Shown in pieces: positions 10,109 through 19,262 of a stretch of DNA of 64,000 nt. A program made the translations under genes and the position numbers. Positions within the stretch are counted from its first letter, which is position 1. Every line of letters starts with the position of its first letter. Below the pieces are notes generated by a model, which did not search any database, had not been told where the DNA came from, and worked only from the letters and a program-made list of their open reading frames with translations. Origin of the DNA: a virus (taxonomy: Duplodnaviria > Caudoviricetes); the IMG/VR virus record IMGVR_UViG_3300037075_000004, positions 1 through 64,000 of that record. One strand, written 5' to 3'.

Positions 10109-10746
10109 TATGAGTAGTTTGTATTAACATCGGGTGTTACATTTTGCTTTTGTAATCCTTGAAGCATTTTCAGATAGGCAGATGTCCCCGCAAAGTTCAT
10201 CAGCCCAGATGTCAGGTCGTTAGCCCCGCCAAAGGTATTCTGTGCTCCTGCCATCCTCTGCTCATTTGCCATATTTGCTCTTATATTCCACGGGTCTGCT
10301 ACATTATACTGCCATAATTCATCTTCTCTTTGCCCCATGAAATTTTGTTCTTGAGCGAGATTCTGCCTCTGTTGCGATCTCCACTGTGCCGAAGCGAGTC
10401 CTAACTGTTTCAATGCGTCAAGTTCTTTATTTTGCGATGCGAGCACGCCACTCATATACTGATTCGATCCCATGGCGCCTCTCTCTAACTGCTGCCCTAC
10501 ATTGGCGGCCTCCTGCCCAATTAGACCCCTTTGGATACCATAACCGGGTAACTCGGAATTGGCGAGTTGTTGATAAGTTTTATATGCGTTAGCATAGCCA
10601 GTAGATAATTCTGCTACGGGACGATTGTTTAACAAATTATTTAGTTGTTTAGTCCCTTTGCGCCATTGGGCGATGCCGATACCCATCTTGGCTATATTTG
10701 TCAGGGCGTTCAGCCCCTCGCCTATTATTGGTAATCCTAATGCCAT
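10108..10746 (-). CDS. Putative small ejection protein
   Basis: 212 aa; G/A-rich amphipathic N-terminus and Q/N/A-rich coiled coil, as in small podovirus ejection proteins; position fits. Confidence 0.55.
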   Translation of the reverse strand: MALGLPIIGEGLNALTNIAKMGIGIAQWRKGTKQLNNLLNNRPVAELSTGYANAYKTYQQLANSELPGYGIQRGLIGQEAANVGQQLERGAMGSNQYMSGVLASQNKELDALKQLGLASAQWRSQQRQNLAQEQNFMGQREDELWQYNVADPWNIRANMANEQRMAGAQNTFGGANDLTSGLMNFAGTSAYLKMLQGLQKQNVTPDVNTNYS

Positions 10747-10771
10747 GTTATAAAATATTTACAAAGATACT

Positions 10772-11377
10772 TCAATTTATACTACCACGACTCCCGCTCA
10801 TCCTGATGTCCGTCTTAAAGAGCTTCACTTGGCTCGTATCGGTATTTCTTAATAGGATATATGCACTTAGCCCTCTGAGTGGTTCGCCTTTAATGGCCTC
10901 GATAACCGATGCCGTGCCAGAGGTAGTCTTCATATTCCGCAAGAACTCGCTCTGCCATACGCCTTCCCGTTTCTTAAATCTCTCTTTTGGTATCACCGAG
11001 TACATACCATTGGGGTGATTCAATGTTTTGGGTATGGTCACACTGACGACCTCCCAACGCCCATCGGAGTGAATGCCTATTGAGTCCAGTAGTTTAACAA
11101 TATTGGGTTGTTCGTTTGCCACAACCCCGACCTCACAGTTCTTGGCCTCGCCAAAGAGATTACATCTATCCACATCATCTGAGTTATGAACCCAGAGATC
11201 ACCACCCATGAAACTCACGAAGCCCAAGGAAAGTGATTGTAAAAAGTCGACTGCTCTCTTGCCATACTTCGTGACCCATAGCTGCCACTGGAAACTTGCA
11301 AGAGAATCGCTATCCAATCCTACCTCTATGTAGTGAATCCCGTTTGTTGTCGAAATGAGGTCTACTTGACGTGCCAT
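10772..11377 (-). CDS. C-terminal part of tail stabilisation/muzzle protein, encoded as a separate ORF
   Basis: FVSFMGGDLWVHNSDDVDRCNLFG...VANEQPNIVKLLDSI...W...F.KREG.W...FLRN...G.PLRG resembles the usual C-terminus of crAss-like muzzle (P22 gp10-like) proteins. Confidence 0.6.
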   Translation of the reverse strand: MARQVDLISTTNGIHYIEVGLDSDSLASFQWQLWVTKYGKRAVDFLQSLSLGFVSFMGGDLWVHNSDDVDRCNLFGEAKNCEVGVVANEQPNIVKLLDSIGIHSDGRWEVVSVTIPKTLNHPNGMYSVIPKERFKKREGVWQSEFLRNMKTTSGTASVIEAIKGEPLRGLSAYILLRNTDTSQVKLFKTDIRMSGSRGSIN

Positions 11378-11378
11378 G

Positions 11379-12134
11379 TTATATATCTCTTACAAGTCGT
11401 ATCGACATTCCATATTCGGGGTGTCCCAAAGCAACGCTTCCTGTTGAAAATGTTGTACTATCGTAATAAAGAAGTGCCTCATAGGGAGAATCTGGAAATC
11501 CCAACCAATCGGATGCCCACATAAGACTCCGATCTTTCAATAATGCAAATGTCCCTCCCGTTCCCCTATAGCCTCCGGGCCGTCCCAAGAATCCTATTTC
11601 ATTTGTTGCCCCCGTATTAGGCGATGTCCAATGCGAGGTACCTATTTCCTTAAGTTTCCCTCCCGCTACAGTAGCCCCCCCTAGATATGTTCTTAATGCC
11701 AAAAAATCAGCATTTGTGGGAATTCTCCAACCCGTTATCCCTAATCCATGTGCATTCTGAACGGCATGAGCACTGTATAATGCTCCGTAAACTATTTCAT
11801 TAGTTATATCATTATTATACCAGCAATAGGCACCTGTCACATCAGCCGCCCAGGTAGCATTATCCGTAATATTAGGAATGACTGTACCATCAAGATAATG
11901 CAATACCTTTAAGTTTTCCGTTGTCCATTCCTGCGTGCCTATAATTACAGTGCCATAATAGTTACCATCAAAATCTTTGACTGTTGAGTTACTTATTGCC
12001 TCCGCTATCGTAGTACTCCCACTTCCCATTAGATTAATAACAAAATTTCCACTTTCATCCTTGATAAGAAAGTGCAAAATATCACCTTCATCCATGTGAA
12101 ACAAACTTGAACGGAAGACGTTATCTTTATTCAT
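11379..12134 (-). CDS. FISUMP (Fib_succ_major) domain protein
   Basis: KDFDGNYYGTVIIGTQEWTTENLK...YGALY...GWRIPT...GMSIRLVRD are the typical family motifs. Confidence 0.85.
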   Translation of the reverse strand: MNKDNVFRSSLFHMDEGDILHFLIKDESGNFVINLMGSGSTTIAEAISNSTVKDFDGNYYGTVIIGTQEWTTENLKVLHYLDGTVIPNITDNATWAADVTGAYCWYNNDITNEIVYGALYSAHAVQNAHGLGITGWRIPTNADFLALRTYLGGATVAGGKLKEIGTSHWTSPNTGATNEIGFLGRPGGYRGTGGTFALLKDRSLMWASDWLGFPDSPYEALLYYDSTTFSTGSVALGHPEYGMSIRLVRDI

Positions 12135-12532
12135 TAACTAATAGTTAGAATACCTGATGCGTTCCATGCTAGCGTTAGCGTGCCCCCCGAGCATGGTTTA
12201 TCGCCCCCAAGATCATGTTCAGATACCACATCCCCTGTCGTGGGGTCGTAGACTACTGCATATCGTGCCGTGAGTGTCACGCCCGCAAACACCGCACTGG
12301 CTGCCGTGAACTTGGCATTATTACCCACCTGTGAGGATGCAGGGGTGGTTAGTGCTATACCCCCTGCCGTATACCCCGCCCCAGAGCATTCCCATGCACT
12401 TACATCGGAATAGTGTTGGTGTCCCGCACCAAGGGTGAAGGTATTAAGTAACAGACAGACCTTCATTACCGGAGATAAGGCTGCCAAGTTATCTGTTAAT
12501 GTCTTCTTGTAATACTTAGAAATTATTGCCAT
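12134..12532 (-). CDS. Small beta-rich phage structural protein (GYTAGG family, fibre/adaptor-associated)
   Basis: ECSGAGYTAGGIAL...TARYAVVYD...DLGGDK...GTLTLAWNASGILTI matches a widespread ~130 aa environmental-phage family recognised by eye. Confidence 0.55.
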   Translation of the reverse strand: MAIISKYYKKTLTDNLAALSPVMKVCLLLNTFTLGAGHQHYSDVSAWECSGAGYTAGGIALTTPASSQVGNNAKFTAASAVFAGVTLTARYAVVYDPTTGDVVSEHDLGGDKPCSGGTLTLAWNASGILTIS

Positions 12533-12542
12533 CGTTATTTAA

Positions 12543-15500
12543 TTATGTACTTGTAAATCCCATTGTCTTAGCTCCCGTCCATGTAGGCGTAGCACTTCTC
12601 TTAACTTGAATACTGTAATTTCCCGCAGGACTAGGATAGGTCAAAGTTAATGTAAATGTAGAACTTGTCTCTCCGAGAAAAGTTTCGGGTATAGTCCCGC
12701 TTGATATTACTGCGAGACTTGCATCCCTAAAACGATAATCTATGTTCTCTGTTCCTGCATCACCCGCATTGGTATAGTTAACGAACGCATATAGCGTTGT
12801 CCCATGCGCCCCCGAAGGAATAGTGTCTATGCCGTCTATGGTGACCGTCAGTGGTAATGTGACCGTTACAGTAGGGTCGTACGGTGTTATCGTCAGTGCT
12901 GACAGGTCTGCCGTGGTAGCACAGTCTACTGTCACTGTCGGGTCATAGGCCACTACGCTTAATCCCGCTACGTCTAAGGCGGGATTGTAGTTCTTCGGGG
13001 TATTTATCGTAAAGACAGCAAACCGTGTCTCCTCGTCAAAAGAAAAGCCTATCCCTGCATCAAATCCCCTCACTACCGAGTATGATAGCTCTAGCGGGAC
13101 ATTAAACCCACCTTGGGGTGTCTGGTCGAAGCTCGCAAAGGTTATCCACCTGTTACTCGGCTCGTGCCATACTATCGTCTCATCGTTATCTGCGAGCACA
13201 TAATCCTTGAAGGTGAGGAAAAAATTCTTAAACTCCTCATCCCATACACCTACCACATCGACATGATCCACTCCCGATTGCATAAGTGCCTTGGCCTTCA
13301 GTTTGAAGTAGGTCTGCATCTTATAGTCGACATCGGCTCCTGACTCCGCATATCGTCCGCTAATGGGAAAGAGTCCATTCACACTGTCTCTCCATACTAC
13401 CCCGTTATATATATCAAAGCCGTAGATGAACTTATTATTCCTTGCTATGCTCTCAGGGAATATCGTAGAGTAGTTAGAAGGAGAGTATCTTATAGCTCCT
13501 AGGACAACCGTGCTTACCGATACCGCATTATTGCCCTGCGTATCGTAATATTCAGTTCTTCCTATGAGTATGGATGATGCTTTCCTTGCCTGGTAGACCT
13601 TTAGCGTGTCCCCCTGCTCGTATATTGCTATGATATCACCATATATGTCGTTCAGTTCCTTGAAACCCGCCCAGTTATTCACAGGGTCTTCCTCGAAGGT
13701 AGGCAGTCCGTTTATCTGCGTGTTCTGGAAGTATGGCCTTGAATATCTGATGATATTAAGGAACCGCTCGCCAAAGGTAGTCTCTATACCTATCTTTCCC
13801 CTGTCATAGTCCGTACTATCATAGAAATCGGAGTACCACATAGACTCATGGAAGACTGCTTTTGTCGTGCTTACGGTGTCCAATGGTTTGGAAGGTGTTC
13901 TCATTATGTGATAGATATCCCCGCTGTCAAAGGTACCAAGTGCGGCATGGGAGAGTAATGTATCCTGATTATGTAATCCGTTCTGTCCTGCGTGTACGAG
14001 AACCCCGGCAGAGTCTTCTATTATTGGCATCAGGTCTCCAAACTCATGGTAGACTATCTTTGTATCTTCGTTTCTCTTTAGCGGGGTGTAAATCTCCACT
14101 AGGGTGTTCTGCCCAAGGTTGGCGGTTGTATAATCAAAATATTGGGTATATACCGAGTTGTCGGTGTCATCCTGTTTTATTATCTCGTAGTCATAGACCT
14201 CATAGACAGGCTCCCCAAGCGTAGTCCCGGGTGCGGGAACAACTTTCGCCGTGATAAACCGTATCCTATCACCCGCCTGCCATGCGTAAGGGTCAATGCT
14301 TGAGTTGGGGTATTGATTCCATGTAGCCGTAGCAGTCGTCCTTAGTGTCTGTAATGGCGTGATATCCACCTTGGCCATTGCACCTACCGTAGTTATATCA
14401 CTGACGATATACTGCACCATCTTATCGCACAGGCTATTGCCCGCATATCCCCATCTCCAATATTTAGCTCCCGCGGGGGGCAAGTGATACACTTCCCAGT
14501 TTATTATCCATCTGTAGCCGGTATCTTCCACTATTGGGTGGGGGAACTCGGTGAACATCGGCACATAGACCGTTGTACCTTCCACGGTGGGAAATGTTAA
14601 TATAGTGTTATCCTTGGATACCTGTGCGTCCCACCGTCTCAGATTCTCATCGTAATAGAATATACAGAATGGGTGGTTGGCACCTGTCTTGAATCCCCTT
14701 TTCTTGGTGAAGGATGTGTTGGTGGCACCCACCGTGCAGAAAAGGAACTGTGTTATGTTAGCGAAACTGACACTACCTTTGGGCGACCATAGAGTCACAT
14801 AGTTAGCCCCCGAGGAGTTATTAACATTATATGCAGGAAAATTATCTCTTATAAAGTTAGTAACTACTAGGATAAAATTGGCCTTGGATGTGGATACCTC
14901 TCCGGCAGTAAAGAAATGTGATACTGTCTTGCCGTCTATAGTTACTATAAGTTGCTGACCATCTGCCAACCCATCGAGATACCAACTACCTATATCCAAT
15001 CTTATACCTATCGTAGCGGGAGTGGTCGATGTATCATATACTTTTACCTTATAGGTAACAGTGTTTACATCTTTTACCGTAGCGCCGGGTAGTGGCGGGA
15101 TAACTATCGTTTCAAGTGTTGGCTCGAGCACAACCCTCAGATCATCTTTATTGAGGTTATTAAAGCCCTCGAGGCACCCGCCATAGGCCAATATGTTCTT
15201 ATTGATGATCTCTTGCGAGTTCGCTTCTTTTGGCACAAAATCGGCTATCCTTGCTACCTGTATCTCATCTACCTGTGGATAACTCTCATTATTATAGAAC
15301 TTGAAACTGGTGGTGAATAAGTCTATGACATCCTGACTCTGCCTGTTGATAATCTTGGCACGCTTCCAGAAACTACCAGTCTCCTGAAATACTATCTCTA
15401 TCTCTTTGACAAGTGCCGGAGAGTGGAGATAGGTGGTGATTTCTATGTAATTATTTTTATAGACCGCCCCAAGGTACTCGCCATTATATAATTCATCATA

Positions 15501-16367
15501 CTCTGGCAGGGACACATCGGAATATGCTGAATAGACTGAATACGAGTTATCAAAATATTTGTACCTGTAAGAGAACCTGAATATCTTCCCCCTAACATTA
15601 TTCGAGTTTACGTTTGTGTCGCTCCCGTAGACTAACTTGGGTCTCTCATAAGGAGGCATTTTTATCACGTTAAACGCATACTCAAACTCATAATTGAAGG
15701 CAAGATCGGTATCTTCCTTGTACGAATCACCTATCCTTGTCCACTTGGTAATATTTGTCGATGGCGTCTGCCCGGCAGAGACATTCCCCGTAGCCATAAA
15801 CAATCCACCCTTATATGTTACGTTATCTCCGTAGATATATGTTTTTGTAGAGTCATAGGCGGGATAGTTAGTGTAGTTGAACGCCCTGACCACATCAATC
15901 ATCTTCGGTTCCGATATGCGGGGGTTGAAATATAACCAGTCGCCTATCATCGTGCAATCCCGCATTGGATATTTCACATCGAGGCCGAACCAGTTCTTAG
16001 TATCGGTGAATATCAGGTCGAGATTGAAACTATCCTCATTATAACAGAAGAGTTTGTTGTCGTATATGTAATCCCCGCTAGAGGTCGCATCATAGGGTTG
16101 GCTAAAGACAAAATAATAGCATTTGCGGGTTAACCTATTATAATAGCTTCCTACTGTTACATAAGTATTAGATTTAGTTAGGAGATGATCGTTGATGTCT
16201 ACCGTGCGACTATTCCCTTTCATGTTGGTCAGGATACCGATAGCATTATCTTCCGATACGAGGATATTAAGTCTGTAGGGCGATGATCCTAAATCTATAA
16301 ACTTTTCTTCGTCATCTGAATTAAGCCCTGACCCGGGAAAGATAATCTCCTGATTTATATTACTCAT
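12543..16367 (-). CDS. Tail stabilisation/muzzle protein, N-terminal and central part, with a novel C-terminal extension
   Basis: Start moved to ATG 16367 (MSNINQE), which overlaps the upstream TGA as ATGA. GSGLNSDD...YRLNI...NMKGN; RFSYRYKY.DNSYS.YS.YS; GANHPFCIFYYDE..R; IRYS...INGL..F; ...EPSNRWITF. Confidence 0.7.
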   Translation of the reverse strand: MSNINQEIIFPGSGLNSDDEEKFIDLGSSPYRLNILVSEDNAIGILTNMKGNSRTVDINDHLLTKSNTYVTVGSYYNRLTRKCYYFVFSQPYDATSSGDYIYDNKLFCYNEDSFNLDLIFTDTKNWFGLDVKYPMRDCTMIGDWLYFNPRISEPKMIDVVRAFNYTNYPAYDSTKTYIYGDNVTYKGGLFMATGNVSAGQTPSTNITKWTRIGDSYKEDTDLAFNYEFEYAFNVIKMPPYERPKLVYGSDTNVNSNNVRGKIFRFSYRYKYFDNSYSVYSAYSDVSLPEYDELYNGEYLGAVYKNNYIEITTYLHSPALVKEIEIVFQETGSFWKRAKIINRQSQDVIDLFTTSFKFYNNESYPQVDEIQVARIADFVPKEANSQEIINKNILAYGGCLEGFNNLNKDDLRVVLEPTLETIVIPPLPGATVKDVNTVTYKVKVYDTSTTPATIGIRLDIGSWYLDGLADGQQLIVTIDGKTVSHFFTAGEVSTSKANFILVVTNFIRDNFPAYNVNNSSGANYVTLWSPKGSVSFANITQFLFCTVGATNTSFTKKRGFKTGANHPFCIFYYDENLRRWDAQVSKDNTILTFPTVEGTTVYVPMFTEFPHPIVEDTGYRWIINWEVYHLPPAGAKYWRWGYAGNSLCDKMVQYIVSDITTVGAMAKVDITPLQTLRTTATATWNQYPNSSIDPYAWQAGDRIRFITAKVVPAPGTTLGEPVYEVYDYEIIKQDDTDNSVYTQYFDYTTANLGQNTLVEIYTPLKRNEDTKIVYHEFGDLMPIIEDSAGVLVHAGQNGLHNQDTLLSHAALGTFDSGDIYHIMRTPSKPLDTVSTTKAVFHESMWYSDFYDSTDYDRGKIGIETTFGERFLNIIRYSRPYFQNTQINGLPTFEEDPVNNWAGFKELNDIYGDIIAIYEQGDTLKVYQARKASSILIGRTEYYDTQGNNAVSVSTVVLGAIRYSPSNYSTIFPESIARNNKFIYGFDIYNGVVWRDSVNGLFPISGRYAESGADVDYKMQTYFKLKAKALMQSGVDHVDVVGVWDEEFKNFFLTFKDYVLADNDETIVWHEPSNRWITFASFDQTPQGGFNVPLELSYSVVRGFDAGIGFSFDEETRFAVFTINTPKNYNPALDVAGLSVVAYDPTVTVDCATTADLSALTITPYDPTVTVTLPLTVTIDGIDTIPSGAHGTTLYAFVNYTNAGDAGTENIDYRFRDASLAVISSGTIPETFLGETSSTFTLTLTYPSPAGNYSIQVKRSATPTWTGAKTMGFTST

Positions 16368-17080
16368 CTCTGCGGTGACTGTGTTAGCGAGCCGTAAATG
16401 ACATCCTGCCACTGAGACAGTGACATACTGTTTATAAAGTTTCTTACATTAAGTTTTTCTCTCCAATAGTCGGCTTTCCTGCTTTCTCTCTCGGGAGCAA
16501 GACCGGGAACCCAAAACGATTCTTTCCATAACAGGTAGGCGTTTATCATCGGTATGAGGAAGGTGGGTACTTCCGTTGTAGCCCCTACCTTGATCCCGCT
16601 AGAGACATAGAACAGTACAAGATAATCAGTTACCGCTTCGTCTATATATATCCTTCGTGTCTCCCAATCAAGTTTATATCTTATCTTGTTCCATGCACCC
16701 TTTGAGCCATAACCGGTCACTCTCGGCTGGTCTATCGTCACTCCTTCACCCTGGTTACTGTCTCTCGTCTCTACGCCTCCCACAGTAGTCGTTGTGTTGA
16801 CTATCTGATCTTTCTGCGATGCTGGCCACCAAGACCCCCTAAAGGGAGTCATAAGATCAACAAACCCTTGCATATCATCGGGCATATCCAACCATTTGTT
16901 TGTAGCATCGAGAGTATATTTTTGGTATGACGCTATATTGCCATCGTATAGGTTAAATTCCTGAAAGCAGTTGGCGGCATGTTCAACGTACAGCGGTGCA
17001 TCATCCGTACTCTTCTTGTATGCGAACAGGAACCTTGTAACTGCCTGTTCTATTGGTATAAGGGTATCTGAGTATGCCAT
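16364..17080 (-). CDS. Putative tail ring/adaptor protein
   Basis: 238 aa; position among three ~220-250 aa genes as in the crAss-like tail block; 4-nt overlap coupling. Confidence 0.55.
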   Translation of the reverse strand: MAYSDTLIPIEQAVTRFLFAYKKSTDDAPLYVEHAANCFQEFNLYDGNIASYQKYTLDATNKWLDMPDDMQGFVDLMTPFRGSWWPASQKDQIVNTTTTVGGVETRDSNQGEGVTIDQPRVTGYGSKGAWNKIRYKLDWETRRIYIDEAVTDYLVLFYVSSGIKVGATTEVPTFLIPMINAYLLWKESFWVPGLAPERESRKADYWREKLNVRNFINSMSLSQWQDVIYGSLTQSPQR

Positions 17081-17742
17081 TAGTTATCTTTTTGTAAAAC
17101 GGTCTGACCACTATTATCGTCCTTGAGGTCAACAGGTGCAGCAACACCGAGTATAGCCATCACCCTCTCCATAAATCCTTCGCTCCTTTTCTGATAGTTG
17201 GTGCCTAGTATCTCGGTTAATTCTGGTATCTTAACCTCATCATTCTCATCATATTTACTGAACGGGATTATTAGGTCTAGTCGCACGCCCACCGCCTGCA
17301 CTGCCGCAGACATATTATAATACTCAATTCTTGTCTGGTTGACTGCATAACCTATCTTGGTAGTGAGGGTATCAAAGAAACTACCGTTACTCACTAGGTC
17401 TATCTCACGGGCGTCCATAGGAAAAAATGTTATCCCTCCTTGTGCCACAGTAGAAATCCTCCTTACTCCCGACATCTTATCCTGAAAAGGTATTATAGAC
17501 TCTGGCAGGGTCGAATATGCGATGCCTGTTCCTGCCTCGGTAGACACGGCAATCGGCGTAGAGTACCCATACTGCTTGACATATCTCTGAAGATTTAAGG
17601 GGCTTACTTTCCATACATCTTCATATAGTGTTGCGATAGCTTTCTCTATGGCCGCATTGAGGTAAAGATCATGCCAGCGGTTAGTCTTGTCAATCTTGGG
17701 TAGGGTGTTTCGGACTAGGGAACGTATCTCTTGTTTAATCAT
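17080..17742 (-). CDS. Putative tail tubular/ring protein (P22 gp4-like position)
   Basis: 220 aa; helical N-terminus, beta core, PFS.Y motif; synteny. Confidence 0.55.
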   Translation of the reverse strand: MIKQEIRSLVRNTLPKIDKTNRWHDLYLNAAIEKAIATLYEDVWKVSPLNLQRYVKQYGYSTPIAVSTEAGTGIAYSTLPESIIPFQDKMSGVRRISTVAQGGITFFPMDAREIDLVSNGSFFDTLTTKIGYAVNQTRIEYYNMSAAVQAVGVRLDLIIPFSKYDENDEVKIPELTEILGTNYQKRSEGFMERVMAILGVAAPVDLKDDNSGQTVLQKDN

Positions 17743-18488
17743 GCTTTTTCTATTCTAGGGTCATCCACATTAGACACTTCCACCAACATCTGATCCGGCA
17801 GACTGATACCAACGTATTCCAAGATAAGGTTAATCAGTTGGGGTATATCGTGCTCGTGCCATTCAAAATTCTTCGTCTGTGATACCACATTGGCCGCCCC
17901 CGCCGTGCCATCCCTTGCTGTGCTGCCCGCCGGTACTGCTACTGTTGCCCCCGCAGACATATATGTTAGTTCAAAAGTCGTATCGTTGACATAATAATCA
18001 AGGAATGGGACATCCACTTTTCTGATATAATCAACATATATCGGTGTACAGGTGGTGGGAGTGACATACACGCTCATATCGTCACTTGTCGCTCCGTATG
18101 CAAGGAAACAGGTAGGATAGAGTGCTGATCCCTTGGTGAGATAATCCATCTCTCTCTGGCTATGTTCAAGGGATGTGATAAGGTCTACTCTGCGCCGCCC
18201 CACCGTAGGGTGGAGATAATAGGGATCGCCTACCAAAGTATAGAAATCAGTAGGTAATGCTCCTATCCCATTAACATCAAGATTTATTGTATAACTCGGA
18301 ACCTTGAAACTGTCCAGTTCGTTCATTGATAACTTGGTCGTTTCAAAATCCCGATAGTTCATCCGAAAAAGTCTCTGATTTATCGGTATGATTGCGTTAT
18401 TGAAGTCATCTGGACTAAAGTTCAGTCCCCTCCTGTCTTTCCTTATTATTGCCAATACCGAATCATAGATTGTAGAAACAAGGATCAT
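17739..18488 (-). CDS. Putative head-tail adaptor/ring protein
   Basis: 249 aa; MI.V.TIY..VL.II.KD.RG...P.DFN N-terminus typical of this gene in Bacteroidota podophages; promoter box at 18507-18514. Confidence 0.6.
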   Translation of the reverse strand: MILVSTIYDSVLAIIRKDRRGLNFSPDDFNNAIIPINQRLFRMNYRDFETTKLSMNELDSFKVPSYTINLDVNGIGALPTDFYTLVGDPYYLHPTVGRRRVDLITSLEHSQREMDYLTKGSALYPTCFLAYGATSDDMSVYVTPTTCTPIYVDYIRKVDVPFLDYYVNDTTFELTYMSAGATVAVPAGSTARDGTAGAANVVSQTKNFEWHEHDIPQLINLILEYVGISLPDQMLVEVSNVDDPRIEKA

Positions 18489-18540
18489 GTCTATCTTTAT
18501 TTAGTGCAAAGATAGTCAGATTTGGCGATATGCTAAAAAT

Positions 18541-18570
18541 AAAAAAGCCGGAGGGTAAACCCACTCCGGC
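18541..18570 (-). terminator. Rho-independent terminator
   Basis: Minus strand GCCGGAG-TGGGTTTACC-CTCCGGC-TTTTTT. Confidence 0.8.
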
Positions 18571-18815
18571 AACATCTCCCCCCCTTTGGATAAACCGATT
18601 CGCGAGTTCGGTATTGCGTCATCGGGATTCTTCTTTTCTTCGGAGACGTTCCTCCGTAGTGGTGCAATGCTTATGCGCAATAGACATTGCTCTATCTTTT
18701 CGCAATTTATCGGCTTCCACTCTTTACCGATGAATGTTTGGGGCGCATCTAGGCGCTCTCCACCAGTTTGGAAGATGCCAAACACATTTCCTTGTCAACG
18801 TACTCTGCTAAGTTC
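18541..18815 (-). ncRNA. Candidate ~270 nt structured non-coding RNA
   Basis: Bounded by a TATCTTTG box (18820-18827) and the terminator; several hairpins; only a weak non-ATG ORF. Confidence 0.4.
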
Positions 18816-18926
18816 AATACAAAGATAAATCAAATATTTTAATTATCCAAATGTTTTTCTAACTTTTTTTCTTGCTTTTCTCATTTCTTCGTTTTATCTT
18901 TGGCGGGAAATCAAAATTAAAGAACT

Positions 18927-19193
18927 ATGTGCCGTTGTAAATTTTGTAGAAATTACCACAGATATGTGTGGGCGGTAGTCATGGAGTGTGGATGTAGTTG
19001 CCACACAAACCCCGATGGGCGTCCTTCGGGACATGATGGCCTTTGTTGTGAATTCCCCAATGGATTAAGAAAAAACAATCCATACAAAAAACTCTTGCCC
19101 GCTTCTGTTTACAGACAAAGAATTGAAGAATGGGAAAAGGAATGTGAAGAAGAGGAAAAATTATACTTTAAAACACCAAAACCCCTCGACTAA
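18927..19193 (+). CDS. Cys/His-rich small protein, lone plus-strand gene in the structural module
   Basis: ATG start with its own TATCTTTG box at 18895-18902; CxCxxC, CxCxCH and CC motifs. Confidence 0.6.
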   Translation: MCRCKFCRNYHRYVWAVVMECGCSCHTNPDGRPSGHDGLCCEFPNGLRKNNPYKKLLPASVYRQRIEEWEKECEEEEKLYFKTPKPLD

Positions 19194-19262
19194 CTCGTAG
19201 CCAAGGGGAAAACAAGAACCTCCCGTAGTATCGTTAGCACGACTCACGGAAGACAGAAACAG

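Noticed and set aside
11379-12134. Complete diversity-generating retroelement
   Set aside because: No reverse transcriptase, accessory gene or template repeat seen in the window.
18516-18828. Protein-coding calls (18516-18785, 18586-18828, 18530-18733), group I intron or RNase P
   Set aside because: The ORFs cross the terminator or promoter and lack protein-like features. AAATTGCG and GAGGAA matches to intron and RNase P motifs are isolated, without the other conserved elements.
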